Part shown: positions 40,714 through 51,056 of the stretch, one piece after another
How positions within the stretch are numbered: position 1 is the first letter of the stretch
Layout of the letters: each line of letters starts with the position of its first letter
From: Promethearchaeia archaeon
GTDB lineage: Archaea > Asgardarchaeota > Lokiarchaeia > Sigyniarchaeales > SOKP01
Length of the DNA stretch: 64,000 nt
Assembly: GCA_046483985.1 (NCBI GenBank)
Contig: JAWOCD010000090.1
Span: forward strand, 32,001-96,000
Reading direction: 5' to 3'
The notes under the pieces: generated by a model
What the model was told of the DNA's origin: nothing
The model's input: the letters and a program-made list of their open reading frames with translations, nothing else
Databases searched by the model: none
Program-made: the position numbers and the translations under genes

Positions 40714-41115
40714 TTATCTTTTTAAATTATTTTTTACAAACTCAACAATCTCTTTCAATTCCGTGCCAGGACCATGAAATCCTTTCAATCCGCATTCTTT
40801 GAGATAGGGGATATCTTCATCCGGGATGATCCCTCCCACGCTCACAAGCACATCATTGATATTATGTTCTTCTAATTTTTCCATGAGGGCAGGACATAAA
40901 GCATTATGCGCTCCGCTTAGAATACTGAGTAATACGGCATCGGGATCCTCTTGAATAATGGTATTTAAAATATCATCGGGCGTCTGATGCAGCCCGGTAT
41001 AAATTACTTCCATCCCAGCGTCTCTTAACGCTCTTGCAATTACTTTTGCCCCCCGGTCATGACCGTCTAAGCCAGGTTTACAAACGAGCACTTTTATCTT
41101 TCTATCGTTTGACAA
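40714..41115 (-). CDS. Acyl-CoA mutase cobalamin-binding small subunit
   Basis: KPGLDGHDRGAK, SILSGAH, GGIIP. Confidence 0.95.
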   Translation of the reverse strand: MSNDRKIKVLVCKPGLDGHDRGAKVIARALRDAGMEVIYTGLHQTPDDILNTIIQEDPDAVLLSILSGAHNALCPALMEKLEEHNINDVLVSVGGIIPDEDIPYLKECGLKGFHGPGTELKEIVEFVKNNLKR

Positions 41116-41128
41116 TTACTCTCCTCTC

Positions 41129-42760
41129 CTAAAAAATAGAATCTTCTTTATATGTTCCAAACACTTCTTTAAGCACACCTACAATTTCTCCCACTGAAGC
41201 ATATTCTTTAACACAATCTATGATATAAGGCATTAGATTTTCAGTGCCCTCAGCGGCCCGTTTCAGCTCGAGCAACGCTTCTTTTGTTGCCCCTTCATTT
41301 CGTTCCTTTTTCACTGACTTGAGCTTTGCTTTTTGCTCTTCTGCAACTTTTTCATCTACCTTTAAAATTTCGGTGGATTCCTGCTTCTTCGATTTATATT
41401 TATTTACTCCAACGATAATCCTCTCGTTATTCTCAACTTCTTTCTGATATTTATAGGAGGCATTAGCAATTTCTTTCTGGAAGAAATTCTTTTTTATTGC
41501 TGGAATTACCCCTCCCAGTTCTTCAATTCTGTCAAAATATGCATTTGCCTCTTCTTCCATTTTATTTGTTAACCATTCGACATAATACGAGCCCGCTAAA
41601 GGATCGACAGTGTCTGTAACGCCCGATTCATGGGCGATAATTTGTTGGGTTCTTAAGGAGATGCGAACCGCTTTTTCTGTTGGTAGACATAATGCCTCAT
41701 CAAACGAATTGGTATGCAATGATTGCGTTCCTCCCAATACCGAGGCGAGGGCTTGGAGAGTAACCCGTACTATGTTATTTTCTGGTTCTTGGGCAGTAAG
41801 TGAAACGCCCGCAGTTTGTGTATGAAATCTAAGTCGCATTGATGTGGGTTTTTCTGCACCTAATTCTTTCATTTTCTTTGCCCATATTCGCCGTGCAGCC
41901 CGATATTTACAAATCTCCTCGAAAAAGTTATTATGGGCATTAAAGAAAAAGGAAAGTCGATGGGCAAAATCATCAATATCTAATCCTCTTTCCATCGCCC
42001 ATTTTACATATTCAAAACCATCTGCTAAGGTAAATGCTAATTCTTGCACCGCAGTAGATCCAGCCTCTCGTATATGATATCCACTAATACTAATGGTATA
42101 CCATTGCGGAACATGCTTGGTACAATATTCTATTGTATCAACAATTAATCGCATTGAAGGTTCTGGAGGGAAGATCCATGACTTTTGGGCAATATATTCC
42201 TTTAAAATGTCATTTTGAATCGTCCCACGTAATTCTTCTGATGGAACTCCTTGTTTTTCTCCCACCACGATATACATTGCTAATAAAATAGAGGCAGGTG
42301 CATTAATTGTCATGGAAGTAGAAATTTTAGATAAATCAATTCCGTCAAACAAGATTTCCATATCTTTTAACGTATCTATCGCCACACCTTCCTTTCCTAC
42401 TTCTCCGAGTGCCATTGGATCAGTTGATTCATATCCGTATATGGTCGGTAGGTGAAAGGCAACGGAAAGACCAGTTTGGCCATGCTCTATTAGATATTTA
42501 AATCGTTTATTCGTCTGTTCTGCAGTTCCGAATCCGGCAAATTGCCGCATTGTCCATAATCTTCCACGATACATATTTTTATATGCGCCGCGTGTAAAGG
42601 GATATTTCCCTGGTTCGCCTAAATCTGCCGCATAGTTTACGTCTTCAATATCTTCGGGTTTATATAATCTTTTTATATCAATATTTGAAAGATTTTTAAA
42701 ATGATCTTTCCGTTTTTTTGGTAACGGCTTTCCCTTATCTTTTTTGCTACTTTCAGTCAT
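41129..42760 (-). CDS. Acyl-CoA mutase large subunit, isobutyryl-CoA-mutase-type residues
   Basis: PGKYPFTRG, WTMRQFAGFG, QNDILKEYIAQK, SGYHIREAG, GGTQSLHTN. Confidence 0.93.
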   Translation of the reverse strand: MTESSKKDKGKPLPKKRKDHFKNLSNIDIKRLYKPEDIEDVNYAADLGEPGKYPFTRGAYKNMYRGRLWTMRQFAGFGTAEQTNKRFKYLIEHGQTGLSVAFHLPTIYGYESTDPMALGEVGKEGVAIDTLKDMEILFDGIDLSKISTSMTINAPASILLAMYIVVGEKQGVPSEELRGTIQNDILKEYIAQKSWIFPPEPSMRLIVDTIEYCTKHVPQWYTISISGYHIREAGSTAVQELAFTLADGFEYVKWAMERGLDIDDFAHRLSFFFNAHNNFFEEICKYRAARRIWAKKMKELGAEKPTSMRLRFHTQTAGVSLTAQEPENNIVRVTLQALASVLGGTQSLHTNSFDEALCLPTEKAVRISLRTQQIIAHESGVTDTVDPLAGSYYVEWLTNKMEEEANAYFDRIEELGGVIPAIKKNFFQKEIANASYKYQKEVENNERIIVGVNKYKSKKQESTEILKVDEKVAEEQKAKLKSVKKERNEGATKEALLELKRAAEGTENLMPYIIDCVKEYASVGEIVGVLKEVFGTYKEDSIF

Positions 42761-42889
42761 AATAATTCAGTATAAAAATATTATCTTATCATATGTGCTT
42801 AAATTTGATAAGTAATTACAATTACTTATAATTTTAGAAAACTTAAAATTTTGAATATTAAATTCTTAGGCTTAGAATTTACTAATGTG

Positions 42890-43450
42890 TTAAAATTCGA
42901 TCCCCGGTCTCGCTTTAAACCCATCGTAGTATGGATGCCGAACTAGTTCAAAATGAGTAACGTAATCGGCAATGTCGCATAAATTTTTATTGTACGTCGT
43001 CCCCGTTAATATGACTTCCACATGATCTGGTTTGGCTTGGACAATTTTAATAATTTCTTTTGTATTTACCAAATCAAACCGGATTGCTTCGCCTATCTCA
43101 TCTAAAACTACTAAATCATAATCTCCTGAGGAAATCACGGATTTAGCGTATTCCACACCTCTCTGGGCTTTTCGTACTACTTTTTGTGGAGGTTTTTCGT
43201 CCGGATAGATAAATTCGTAGCTTCCAAATTGCTTTATCGGGATTAGGTCTTTTAAGAAATGAACCTCCCCGATAAAATAGCCTTGGTGTTTTTTCTCTTC
43301 GTCATGAAGCTTGAGAAATTGAATTAATACCGGCTTAAATCCGTGTCCTAAAGCTCGAATGATTGTGCCCATGGATGTTGATGTTTTCCCCCTTCCTTCC
43401 CCGTAATAATAATGCACTAACCCATATTCTAAATGTGGATGATTCGTCAA
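42890..43450 (-). CDS. cobO: Cob(I)alamin adenosyltransferase (CobO/BtuR type)
   Basis: YYGEGRGKTSTSMG, IQFLK, DLVVLDE, EVILTG, HPY...ARPGIEF. Confidence 0.9.
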   Translation of the reverse strand: MTNHPHLEYGLVHYYYGEGRGKTSTSMGTIIRALGHGFKPVLIQFLKLHDEEKKHQGYFIGEVHFLKDLIPIKQFGSYEFIYPDEKPPQKVVRKAQRGVEYAKSVISSGDYDLVVLDEIGEAIRFDLVNTKEIIKIVQAKPDHVEVILTGTTYNKNLCDIADYVTHFELVRHPYYDGFKARPGIEF

Positions 43451-43715
43451 AAAGTGTCGACCACTCAGTTGTTTTGAAATGTTTTGAATAAGAATTTAAT
43501 AAATTATCATTGTTAATAAATAAAAGCAATAAAAATTTTTTATTTACATTTAATTTGGAGCAAAAGAAGTCCCTCTCCTTCTTAAGTTATCCATCTTTAG
43601 CTGAAATTAAAAATTATCCTAAATTTTAATAAATTAAAGCTTAATACTATATATACATATAGGAAGTAAGATCCATTACAATAAACTGATACTTGTATAA
43701 TTTTGAATGTGATAG

Positions 43716-44279
43716 ATGATGAATGTTGTCGATCGTTATAAAATGAAACTCACCGTGTTAGGAGATCCGAGTGTGGGAAAGACCTCACTGATTCATCATT
43801 TTTGTGAGGGTTATTTTAGAGATTCTTATCTTTCCACTATCGGAGTAGAATTTCTGACGAAAGAAGTTGATGTCTCGATAGATGGGGAAGAAAAGAATGC
43901 AATCCTGCAGATTTGGGATGTAGGCGGCCAAGACCTTTTCTCAAAACTGAGGTCGAGCTATTTAAAAGGAGCCCAAGGTGCGCTCATTCTATTCGATGTA
44001 ACTAATAAATCTACCTTATTACACATCGATTCATGGATAGAGGAAGTGTTACGCTCTTTAGACTTAAGCTCTGTGACAGATCTTCCGTTTATTGTAATTG
44101 GAAACAAAATCGATTTGGATTTTGATCAGAGACTAAAAAAAAAAGCAGATAATTTTATGAAAAATCAGTTTGAATCACAAATACCCATCCATTATACCAG
44201 CGCAAAAACTGGAACTGGGATGAATGAGGTATTTGAAAAAATTACAAAACTTATGATTAAAGAATTAGACGAGAGATGA
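43716..44279 (+). CDS. Rab-like small GTPase
   Basis: GDPSVGKTS, YLSTIGVEF, LQIWDVGGQ, GNKID, TSAKTG; no C-terminal Cys. Confidence 0.93.
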   Translation: MMNVVDRYKMKLTVLGDPSVGKTSLIHHFCEGYFRDSYLSTIGVEFLTKEVDVSIDGEEKNAILQIWDVGGQDLFSKLRSSYLKGAQGALILFDVTNKSTLLHIDSWIEEVLRSLDLSSVTDLPFIVIGNKIDLDFDQRLKKKADNFMKNQFESQIPIHYTSAKTGTGMNEVFEKITKLMIKELDER

Positions 44280-44286
44280 AAATGAA

Positions 44287-45645
44287 ATGGGAATGGAAGA
44301 ATTTCAAGAAGAATTGGGAAAAGAAGAGATTTTAACTCAAAAAGCGAAGAAAAATAAGCTTTCTTCTGGGATTAGAGAGTTTGATGAAATGATCGGAGGA
44401 GGGTTTACTGGAGCAAGTATAAATTTAATTCAAGAAAGTTTAGGATGCGGGGGTGAGATCCTCTGCTATTGTATTGCCCGTGCAAACTTAAAGCTATCAA
44501 ATAAAGTCCTTATCATTTATTCCGATCCCCTCTCCGAGTATTTAGTTAAGAGGTTAAAAACATTTGACAGTCCCGTGCCAGAAGACCAAAAAGAACAAGA
44601 CGCTTTCATTGGGAAAGGAAAGGAACATGGAAAAAATTTATATATTTTAAATTTAGTGGAATTAGCGGAAGCAGATATTTCATTAATGGAGGATAAGCAT
44701 GAATTACAGATCCAGATTTCTTCTGCGATTAGGGATATGTTGGCTAATATTCAAAAGGCAGGGGATGATTATTCTGAGAGATTTATCTTTTACCTTTCCT
44801 TGAATCCATTTTTAATCAAATTAGGAGAATCTACATTAGATTTAATTTATAATAATCTCATTAATGCCAAAAAAGAAAATTATGTGCAAGTCGCCTTGTT
44901 ACAAAAAGACTTGATTTCGCATGAGGTGATCGCCCGAATTCAGAGTTTATGTCATTTAATCTGCGATTTGTCTGCTTATGATATTGGAGGTTTAACGGAC
45001 AATCGAATTAAAATCTTGAAACATGCTGGAACCGTCCACGATATTAAAGCTGAGCCATATGTATTAGAGTATAACCGTGAAATGGACAAGTATAACTTCT
45101 TAATCCGAGGAGCTTTTCTTACTACCTTTGAAACCATGAGAAACTTACTGAAGTATCAACATGGAAACGTTTATCTTGCCAATATTCCGTATCTAATTGC
45201 ACCGGTAAACTATTTTAATTCATTGTTGGATATGCCGCTCAATATAGAGATAGATGCTGGAAAGAGGGAGATTAGAGAAAAAAGCCAGGGAATCGGACGA
45301 AAACTAACTTCCGGTACTGAAACCACCTATTATCTTGAAGGGTTAGAGTTATTGAAAGCGACCCTCCGAAGTCTTTCTTTGTTTGGATTTGGTAATTTTG
45401 AATTGAAGACATACGAAGAAAAAGAAGCATTATTAGAGATTTCAACAAGTTTCAACAAAGAATTTCATGAAAAATCCTACAAGTTATTTATAAAAGGTAT
45501 GATCGAGGGTATCATACGCCGATCCATCAATAAAGATATACGCTCATTTCGCATCATTAAAATCAGTGGTGTAAATGCCGGTAATTATCCAAATGAACAT
45601 GAGTATAAACTCAGTATCCGATTAGAAGTTGCTGGCGAGAGCTAA
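44287..45645 (+). CDS. KaiC/RecA-like domain with degenerate Walker A fused to a V4R-like domain
   Basis: LSSGIREFDEMIGGGF...RIKILKHAG; C-terminal GNVYLANIPYLIAP...GIGRK...FGFGNF...FIKGMIEGII. Confidence 0.7.
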   Translation: MGMEEFQEELGKEEILTQKAKKNKLSSGIREFDEMIGGGFTGASINLIQESLGCGGEILCYCIARANLKLSNKVLIIYSDPLSEYLVKRLKTFDSPVPEDQKEQDAFIGKGKEHGKNLYILNLVELAEADISLMEDKHELQIQISSAIRDMLANIQKAGDDYSERFIFYLSLNPFLIKLGESTLDLIYNNLINAKKENYVQVALLQKDLISHEVIARIQSLCHLICDLSAYDIGGLTDNRIKILKHAGTVHDIKAEPYVLEYNREMDKYNFLIRGAFLTTFETMRNLLKYQHGNVYLANIPYLIAPVNYFNSLLDMPLNIEIDAGKREIREKSQGIGRKLTSGTETTYYLEGLELLKATLRSLSLFGFGNFELKTYEEKEALLEISTSFNKEFHEKSYKLFIKGMIEGIIRRSINKDIRSFRIIKISGVNAGNYPNEHEYKLSIRLEVAGES

Positions 45646-45661
45646 ATTTGGCTCACTTGTT

Positions 45662-46816
45662 CTATGGGTTAACTGCTTCGTACGCTTCACTTATCGCTGA
45701 ACATCCTCCGCATCTTACGCAGCCCGCCTTATGGATGAGGGGATTCACCCCATATTTTTTCATTAATTTTGCAGCAAGATTATAAATTTCTAATAACATA
45801 TTATGGCTTGTCTGGGGTAATTCTTTCTTAGAGTTTGGAATTGGTCTGACAGGGGTAATAAAGGGAACAACACCGATAGATACGAGTTCTTCCAATCGCT
45901 CCCGAAAATCCTTGGGAGACTCTCCAAATCCAGTGAGTATAAAGCTTTCCACTTGGCTTCTCCCGAAAACATCAACTGCATACTCCCAACTTTTTTTAAA
46001 TTGTTTGTAGGGGATTTTCGCTTTTCCTGGTGTTATTACTTCCCGTACAACGTCATTTAAGATTTCAATATGGATGCCGATAGTATCGGCTCCCGCATCG
46101 TGCAACTTAGAATAGAGATTCATATCTTCTATGGGTTCAATCTGAATATGGAGGGGGATCTCTGGATGGTCGTTTTTTAACTGTTCCAAAATCCTTATAT
46201 ATCTATTGACGCCTTTATTTTTCTCGGCAGTTGTCCCGCTTGTCAAGGTCATATGAGCGCATCTTCCCTCTTTTTTGGCTTGTATTACCACCTCTGACAA
46301 TTGTTCTGGGGTTTTGTCCAAAATGGTAGACCCATATTTTAAACTGAGTTCTACCCCACAAAATTTGCAAGCTTCACCGCATTTCCAATATTTACACTTT
46401 TGAAATACCGTACTTGCAAGACAATCCACGCCATGAACTAAGGCAATTTTTTTCATTTCAACGCCGTCCGAGGTTTTATAACTTGGGTCATAATATTCTG
46501 GTTCTGGGACTAACTTAAGTGTGCAAAAACTCTCCTTATCTGCAAGATCATATACCTCGAATTTATCATCTTTTTGGTGTTTTAGCTTTAGACTGGTTTT
46601 TTGTCTGGTGTCCCACATTGCAACGTTTGCTAAAGTTTTACCATCTTCAAATAAAAAATATCTTCCCCCTAAAGGGCCGGCCCCCCCTTTTCGACCGTAT
46701 TTCAGATCGATGCCGTGTGCTTTATAGGTAGATTTCAAGTTCTTGTCTAAATAGATGCCTTGACATAGCAGTTGGGTCTTCTTTTGAAGAATCTTTTTTT
46801 TAAGAATTTCCGTCAT
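45662..46816 (-). CDS. Radical SAM protein (MSMEG_0568-like)
   Basis: GRKGGAGP, LASTVFQKC...CKFC, LTSGT, AGCVRCGGCSA. Confidence 0.88.
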   Translation of the reverse strand: MTEILKKKILQKKTQLLCQGIYLDKNLKSTYKAHGIDLKYGRKGGAGPLGGRYFLFEDGKTLANVAMWDTRQKTSLKLKHQKDDKFEVYDLADKESFCTLKLVPEPEYYDPSYKTSDGVEMKKIALVHGVDCLASTVFQKCKYWKCGEACKFCGVELSLKYGSTILDKTPEQLSEVVIQAKKEGRCAHMTLTSGTTAEKNKGVNRYIRILEQLKNDHPEIPLHIQIEPIEDMNLYSKLHDAGADTIGIHIEILNDVVREVITPGKAKIPYKQFKKSWEYAVDVFGRSQVESFILTGFGESPKDFRERLEELVSIGVVPFITPVRPIPNSKKELPQTSHNMLLEIYNLAAKLMKKYGVNPLIHKAGCVRCGGCSAISEAYEAVNP

Positions 46817-47086
46817 TCTTTCTTTCCCGTATCTTTTATTTTATTCCTTTCCTTCACGTTACAAAACTTATGGAATTATTTAATGTTATTTATTATGGTC
46901 CATATCTTAATTTTATTTAAATCATATATCAGCTAAAAAAGTGCCCTAAAATCCGACAAAACTAAGGTTTCTAAGGGCAAAATGATAAATTTTATAATTT
47001 ATATTTCGTTTTAAAATCTACCTTATAGGATTTTGTTAATTACATCCTTAATTATTTAAAATAAAATTTTAGAAGAAGTGTAAAAA

Positions 47087-47728
47087 ATGCCTGATAGAAG
47101 ACCGTGGCGTTGCTACCGAAAATGGAATCGACGTCCGTTTCAACATAAACGAAGTGAAAATCACAGATTAGAATATGCACGAGGAGGAAGCGAATCCAAA
47201 ATCCAACGCTTTTGGGGAGGTAATAAATTTGTTAAATGGAAAGATTGGGATCTTGTTATCGGTTTAAAAGTGGAAGAAAAGATACAAATTTCCAGTAATG
47301 CCTTAGAAGCCGTAAGAGTCTCCATTGGTAATATGGCGAATAAACGAATAGGAAGAATGAATTACCGATTACGAATCAGACCGAAACCGTGGCAAAAGTT
47401 CAGAGAGAATCGTATGTTGGCATTTGCGGGCGCGGATCGTGTTCAATCTGGCATGAGAAATTCATTCGGACGACCGTCTGGGGTTTGTGCTCGTATGAGA
47501 GCGGGACAGATTCTTGCGGAAGTGGGGCTGAAAATGGAACATCTCGATTTTTTCAAGAACAGGTTCAGAATCGCAAAAATGAAAGTGCCAAGTACATGCC
47601 AAATAGTTGTGCTTAAATACGAGACTTTAGATAAGCTAAAACAAGCGGGCTTACCGCTATACGATGCCGAAAAAAGACAAGAGATTGACTTTTATCAAAT
47701 CATGCCCCAACAAGCGGAAGAAGTGTAA
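47087..47728 (+). CDS. rpl10e: 50S ribosomal protein uL16 (L10e)
   Basis: RPWRCYR, QISSNALEAVR, RENRMLAFAGADRVQSGMRNSFGRP. Confidence 0.95.
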   Translation: MPDRRPWRCYRKWNRRPFQHKRSENHRLEYARGGSESKIQRFWGGNKFVKWKDWDLVIGLKVEEKIQISSNALEAVRVSIGNMANKRIGRMNYRLRIRPKPWQKFRENRMLAFAGADRVQSGMRNSFGRPSGVCARMRAGQILAEVGLKMEHLDFFKNRFRIAKMKVPSTCQIVVLKYETLDKLKQAGLPLYDAEKRQEIDFYQIMPQQAEEV

Positions 47729-47816
47729 AACCCTTTTGTAGAAACCTTTTTTTAACACTTATTTTTGTCAAAGTACCAATTTAATAATCATTGAATATTT
47801 TTAATTATGAGTAAAT

Positions 47817-49166
47817 GTGAAAGATTTAGAGAAATTTTTCAACCCCAAGAGTATCTTAATCATTGGCGTGTCCCGCAAGGAATATACTTTTAATTACACA
47901 ATCTTGAAAAATCTATTGGAGATATTCTATCAAGGAAAGATTTATATCGTAAATCCTAATGCGGACGAAATCCTTGGCGTAAAGTCATATCATTCCTTAG
48001 AGGAATTACCCGAAGTACCAGAATTGGCCGTGATTATGTTGGGCCAAGATATTTTAAACATTGTAGAACAGCTAGGCAAATTTGGCGTAAAACAAATCTG
48101 CATTCAGTCTGAATTGAAAACCGGGATAAAATATGAGGAACTCATTCTTAAATTAAACACTCTCTGTAATAAATATGAGATGGCTTACTTGGGCCCCTCT
48201 ATGATCGGGATTCTAAATTTTTTGGACAATTTTACTACATCGATTATTCCCGTCCGTCAATATATTGTCCGCAAAAATAAATCTGCAGATTCTGGATTGA
48301 GTTATTTGGCCCAATCTGGTGGGCTGGCTGGGGCGATGGGGTGGTGGAGACCTCCTCAAGATACTCCCATCTCAAAGGTTATCCATCTTGGAAAGAGTTC
48401 CTATATGGCCGAGGCTGATGTGATCCACTACTTTCTTTCAGATAACTCAACAAAAGTAATTTCGCTCTTTTTACGGGATATCACCCCTGATTTAGTAGAT
48501 GCCGTTGAAAAAGTCGCTCCCCACAAACCTATTCTGTTTTTCTATGTGGGGAAGGATAAATCTATGGAAAGCAAATTGGAAAAGGCGGGAGGCATTCCGG
48601 TAGAAAATTATATCGAATTGTTTGAAATTGCGAAAATCTTTCTCTGGTGTCCCGAACCGAACGGTCGCCGTTTAGGGATTATCGGTCCCTCCTCTGGAGC
48701 TATCTATTTGATTGTAAATGAAATGAGAAAACAGAATCTTTCATTAGCAAGACCTGATAAAGAATCCCAGAAAATCCTTTTGGATGAAATTGGAGGGAGT
48801 ACGTGCGCATTTGGGAATCCCGTGGATTATTGGCCTCCTGACAGGTTCATCGGCACTAAAATCTGTGAAATATATAATACTTCTTCTCAAACCCTCTTAA
48901 ACGATGATAATGTTGACGCGTTGATTTTAGCTTTAGAGTTTTTCATCGAAATTGAATTCGATTTCAATATATTTGAAAGAGTTAAACAAGAGTTCAAAGA
49001 AAAACCCATAATTACTATCTTAATCCAAGCCGAACAGGAAGGGGCTAAACGTGTCATTAATACCGCCTCTAAGTTAAAAATTCCCGTGTTTGAAAACGAG
49101 ATAGAACGAGCTGTGAGAGGATATAGGTATCTCTTGGATTATGCTAAAAAAATAAAGAAAAAATAA
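47817..49166 (+). CDS. ADP-forming acyl-CoA synthetase alpha-like protein lacking the phospho-His loop
   Basis: FFNPKSILIIGVS, VNP, LGPS, AQSGG, GNPVD; SHTG motif absent. Confidence 0.8.
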   Translation: MKDLEKFFNPKSILIIGVSRKEYTFNYTILKNLLEIFYQGKIYIVNPNADEILGVKSYHSLEELPEVPELAVIMLGQDILNIVEQLGKFGVKQICIQSELKTGIKYEELILKLNTLCNKYEMAYLGPSMIGILNFLDNFTTSIIPVRQYIVRKNKSADSGLSYLAQSGGLAGAMGWWRPPQDTPISKVIHLGKSSYMAEADVIHYFLSDNSTKVISLFLRDITPDLVDAVEKVAPHKPILFFYVGKDKSMESKLEKAGGIPVENYIELFEIAKIFLWCPEPNGRRLGIIGPSSGAIYLIVNEMRKQNLSLARPDKESQKILLDEIGGSTCAFGNPVDYWPPDRFIGTKICEIYNTSSQTLLNDDNVDALILALEFFIEIEFDFNIFERVKQEFKEKPIITILIQAEQEGAKRVINTASKLKIPVFENEIERAVRGYRYLLDYAKKIKKK

Positions 49167-49176
49167 AATTAGTGTT

Positions 49177-50418
49177 CTAAAAAATTTCGGATAATTCTTG
49201 CGGTATCTTTGCCCTCTCATCCATCAGACTAAGAGCATAGACTTGTTCTCCACACCCACAAGGTTTGCCAACGAATAAGTAGTATTTGAACTCCTTCTTC
49301 CACGTACAGACTTTGATATCCTCGATCTCTGCGACTTCCCCACAGACACAATATATCTTATCTTTTTGGGGATAGTTGGGGATGACATCGTCAATGTCTT
49401 TTGACGTTACTTCAAAATCGCTCTCATCCAACATCTTATTAATTTCGTCTGCTTTATTCTCTTTCAGAGTGGGTACAAAATTTTTAATTTTTCCATCCTC
49501 TGTGCGAATTTTGGTCAACACAATAAAATTGGTTTCTCCGCCTTCACTAATTTCTTGGGAGATCCCCATCTCTGCCTCCTCTTTCAATTGTTCTGGAATA
49601 GGAAATGGTTCTACATCATCGGGATAGTCAAACGTAAACACATATTGATACTTTCCTCTCGTTTTGCGTTGATTAATTAATTTTAAATTCTCATAATCTG
49701 AGCTATGTAAGACAAATTTAATCAATTGAAGCGGTACTTCCCAATCAAGTAATTTAGTTCTCACATTAGCAAGTACATCGTTTACAAATCCTTTAATAAT
49801 CAGGATATCGTCTCTATTCTTGGTATAAAATTCGTCACTGTGGGATCCTTTAAATTTATTCCATTTTTTTACCACATAGCTCCGGAGAAGGTTTGGAACC
49901 ATACAGAACAGACAAACAAATGGTAATATGAAGATAGGATCGAGAAAGAACATCAGTATCGTTAATAGGCCAATCACAGGAAGAATTACAATTATGCTCA
50001 GTCTTTTCATTTTTGTATCGACTGGTTTATCCACACCATGCTCAGCTGCTAAATCCTCTGCATTTTTTTTTAAATTCTCAACGGTGGAGAGAATTCGTTT
50101 TTCTTCGAATCCCTTTTGTAATAGTTTATCTTCTTCGTTGCCCTTTCCGAACTTTTCTACAAGATCTTTAATCTCCTCTTGATATTCCGAAATTTTATCA
50201 TCTTTATAGATAAAGTCAAATGACTCTTCTGAAAAATAATCAAGAAATCTGGAGATAAATAACTTTTTCTCAATTTCTTCAATTTGCTCTTGGGTGAGTC
50301 CTAATGCGTCTTGAATCATTGCCGCTTGTGATTCGTTTTTAGAACTTTTTTTTTCCGTTTCTTCGTTTATTTCTGTTTTTTCCTTTTTTATTTCATCTTC
50401 TTTCTTCGTATTTTTCAT
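49177..50418 (-). CDS. Two-TM membrane protein with C-terminal zinc-ribbon-like motif
   Basis: Hydrophobic hairpin mid-protein; CVCG...CGCG. Confidence 0.75.
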   Translation of the reverse strand: MKNTKKEDEIKKEKTEINEETEKKSSKNESQAAMIQDALGLTQEQIEEIEKKLFISRFLDYFSEESFDFIYKDDKISEYQEEIKDLVEKFGKGNEEDKLLQKGFEEKRILSTVENLKKNAEDLAAEHGVDKPVDTKMKRLSIIVILPVIGLLTILMFFLDPIFILPFVCLFCMVPNLLRSYVVKKWNKFKGSHSDEFYTKNRDDILIIKGFVNDVLANVRTKLLDWEVPLQLIKFVLHSSDYENLKLINQRKTRGKYQYVFTFDYPDDVEPFPIPEQLKEEAEMGISQEISEGGETNFIVLTKIRTEDGKIKNFVPTLKENKADEINKMLDESDFEVTSKDIDDVIPNYPQKDKIYCVCGEVAEIEDIKVCTWKKEFKYYLFVGKPCGCGEQVYALSLMDERAKIPQELSEIF

Positions 50419-50819
50419 GAGCAGTTATTAACCTTTAAAATATTTTCTATTATTTTTATTAAATTCAACTGCAATAAAGAAGTTTTTTATTATTATTGTT
50501 GAAAAAGGATGCAAAGCATCATCATAGAAATTGTAATAGTAATTTTTCAAAAAACCACAATTTGCTTTATTCTTTTAAAAAATAATGATTTTTGGAGAAT
50601 GAGTAAAAAAAATTATTTAGAGCTCATATTTTAATCAAATAAGTTAATCAAATGAGTTAAAAAATGAGTATAATTAAACATTTTAAAGGATAGAGTTTTC
50701 TTTTGCTATTTTGAAAAATTTTCTAATTTTCAATAAGAAACGATTAGAAAAAATTGGAAACATTAGAATTGAAAGAAAGTCAATTAAATAAGGGAGATCG
50801 GATTAGGTAAAGGAGCTTA

Positions 50820-51056
50820 CTATACCGATTGAACTTCTTTAACACCATCAACATATTTTTTCAATGCTCGCTCAATTCCTAACTTTAGGGTTTGTTGAGC
50901 ATGGATACAGCCAGCACAATGTCCTTGCAGTTGCACTTTCACGGTCCCATCATCTTCAATTCCCATGAGCTGCACATCTCCACCATCACGTTGTAGATCC
51001 GGCCTAATCTTATCCAAGACCTCTTTTACTTTTTTTTTATCAACCATAATTCTCAC
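50820..51056 (-). CDS. NifU-C/Nfu family Fe-S carrier
   Basis: IRPDLQRDGGDV...LQGHCAGC...TLKLGIE. Confidence 0.92.
   Translation of the reverse strand: MRIMVDKKKVKEVLDKIRPDLQRDGGDVQLMGIEDDGTVKVQLQGHCAGCIHAQQTLKLGIERALKKYVDGVKEVQSV

Noticed and set aside
50632-50670. taatcaaat(a/g)agt short tandem repeat
   Set aside because: Two and a half low-complexity copies; no supportable function.
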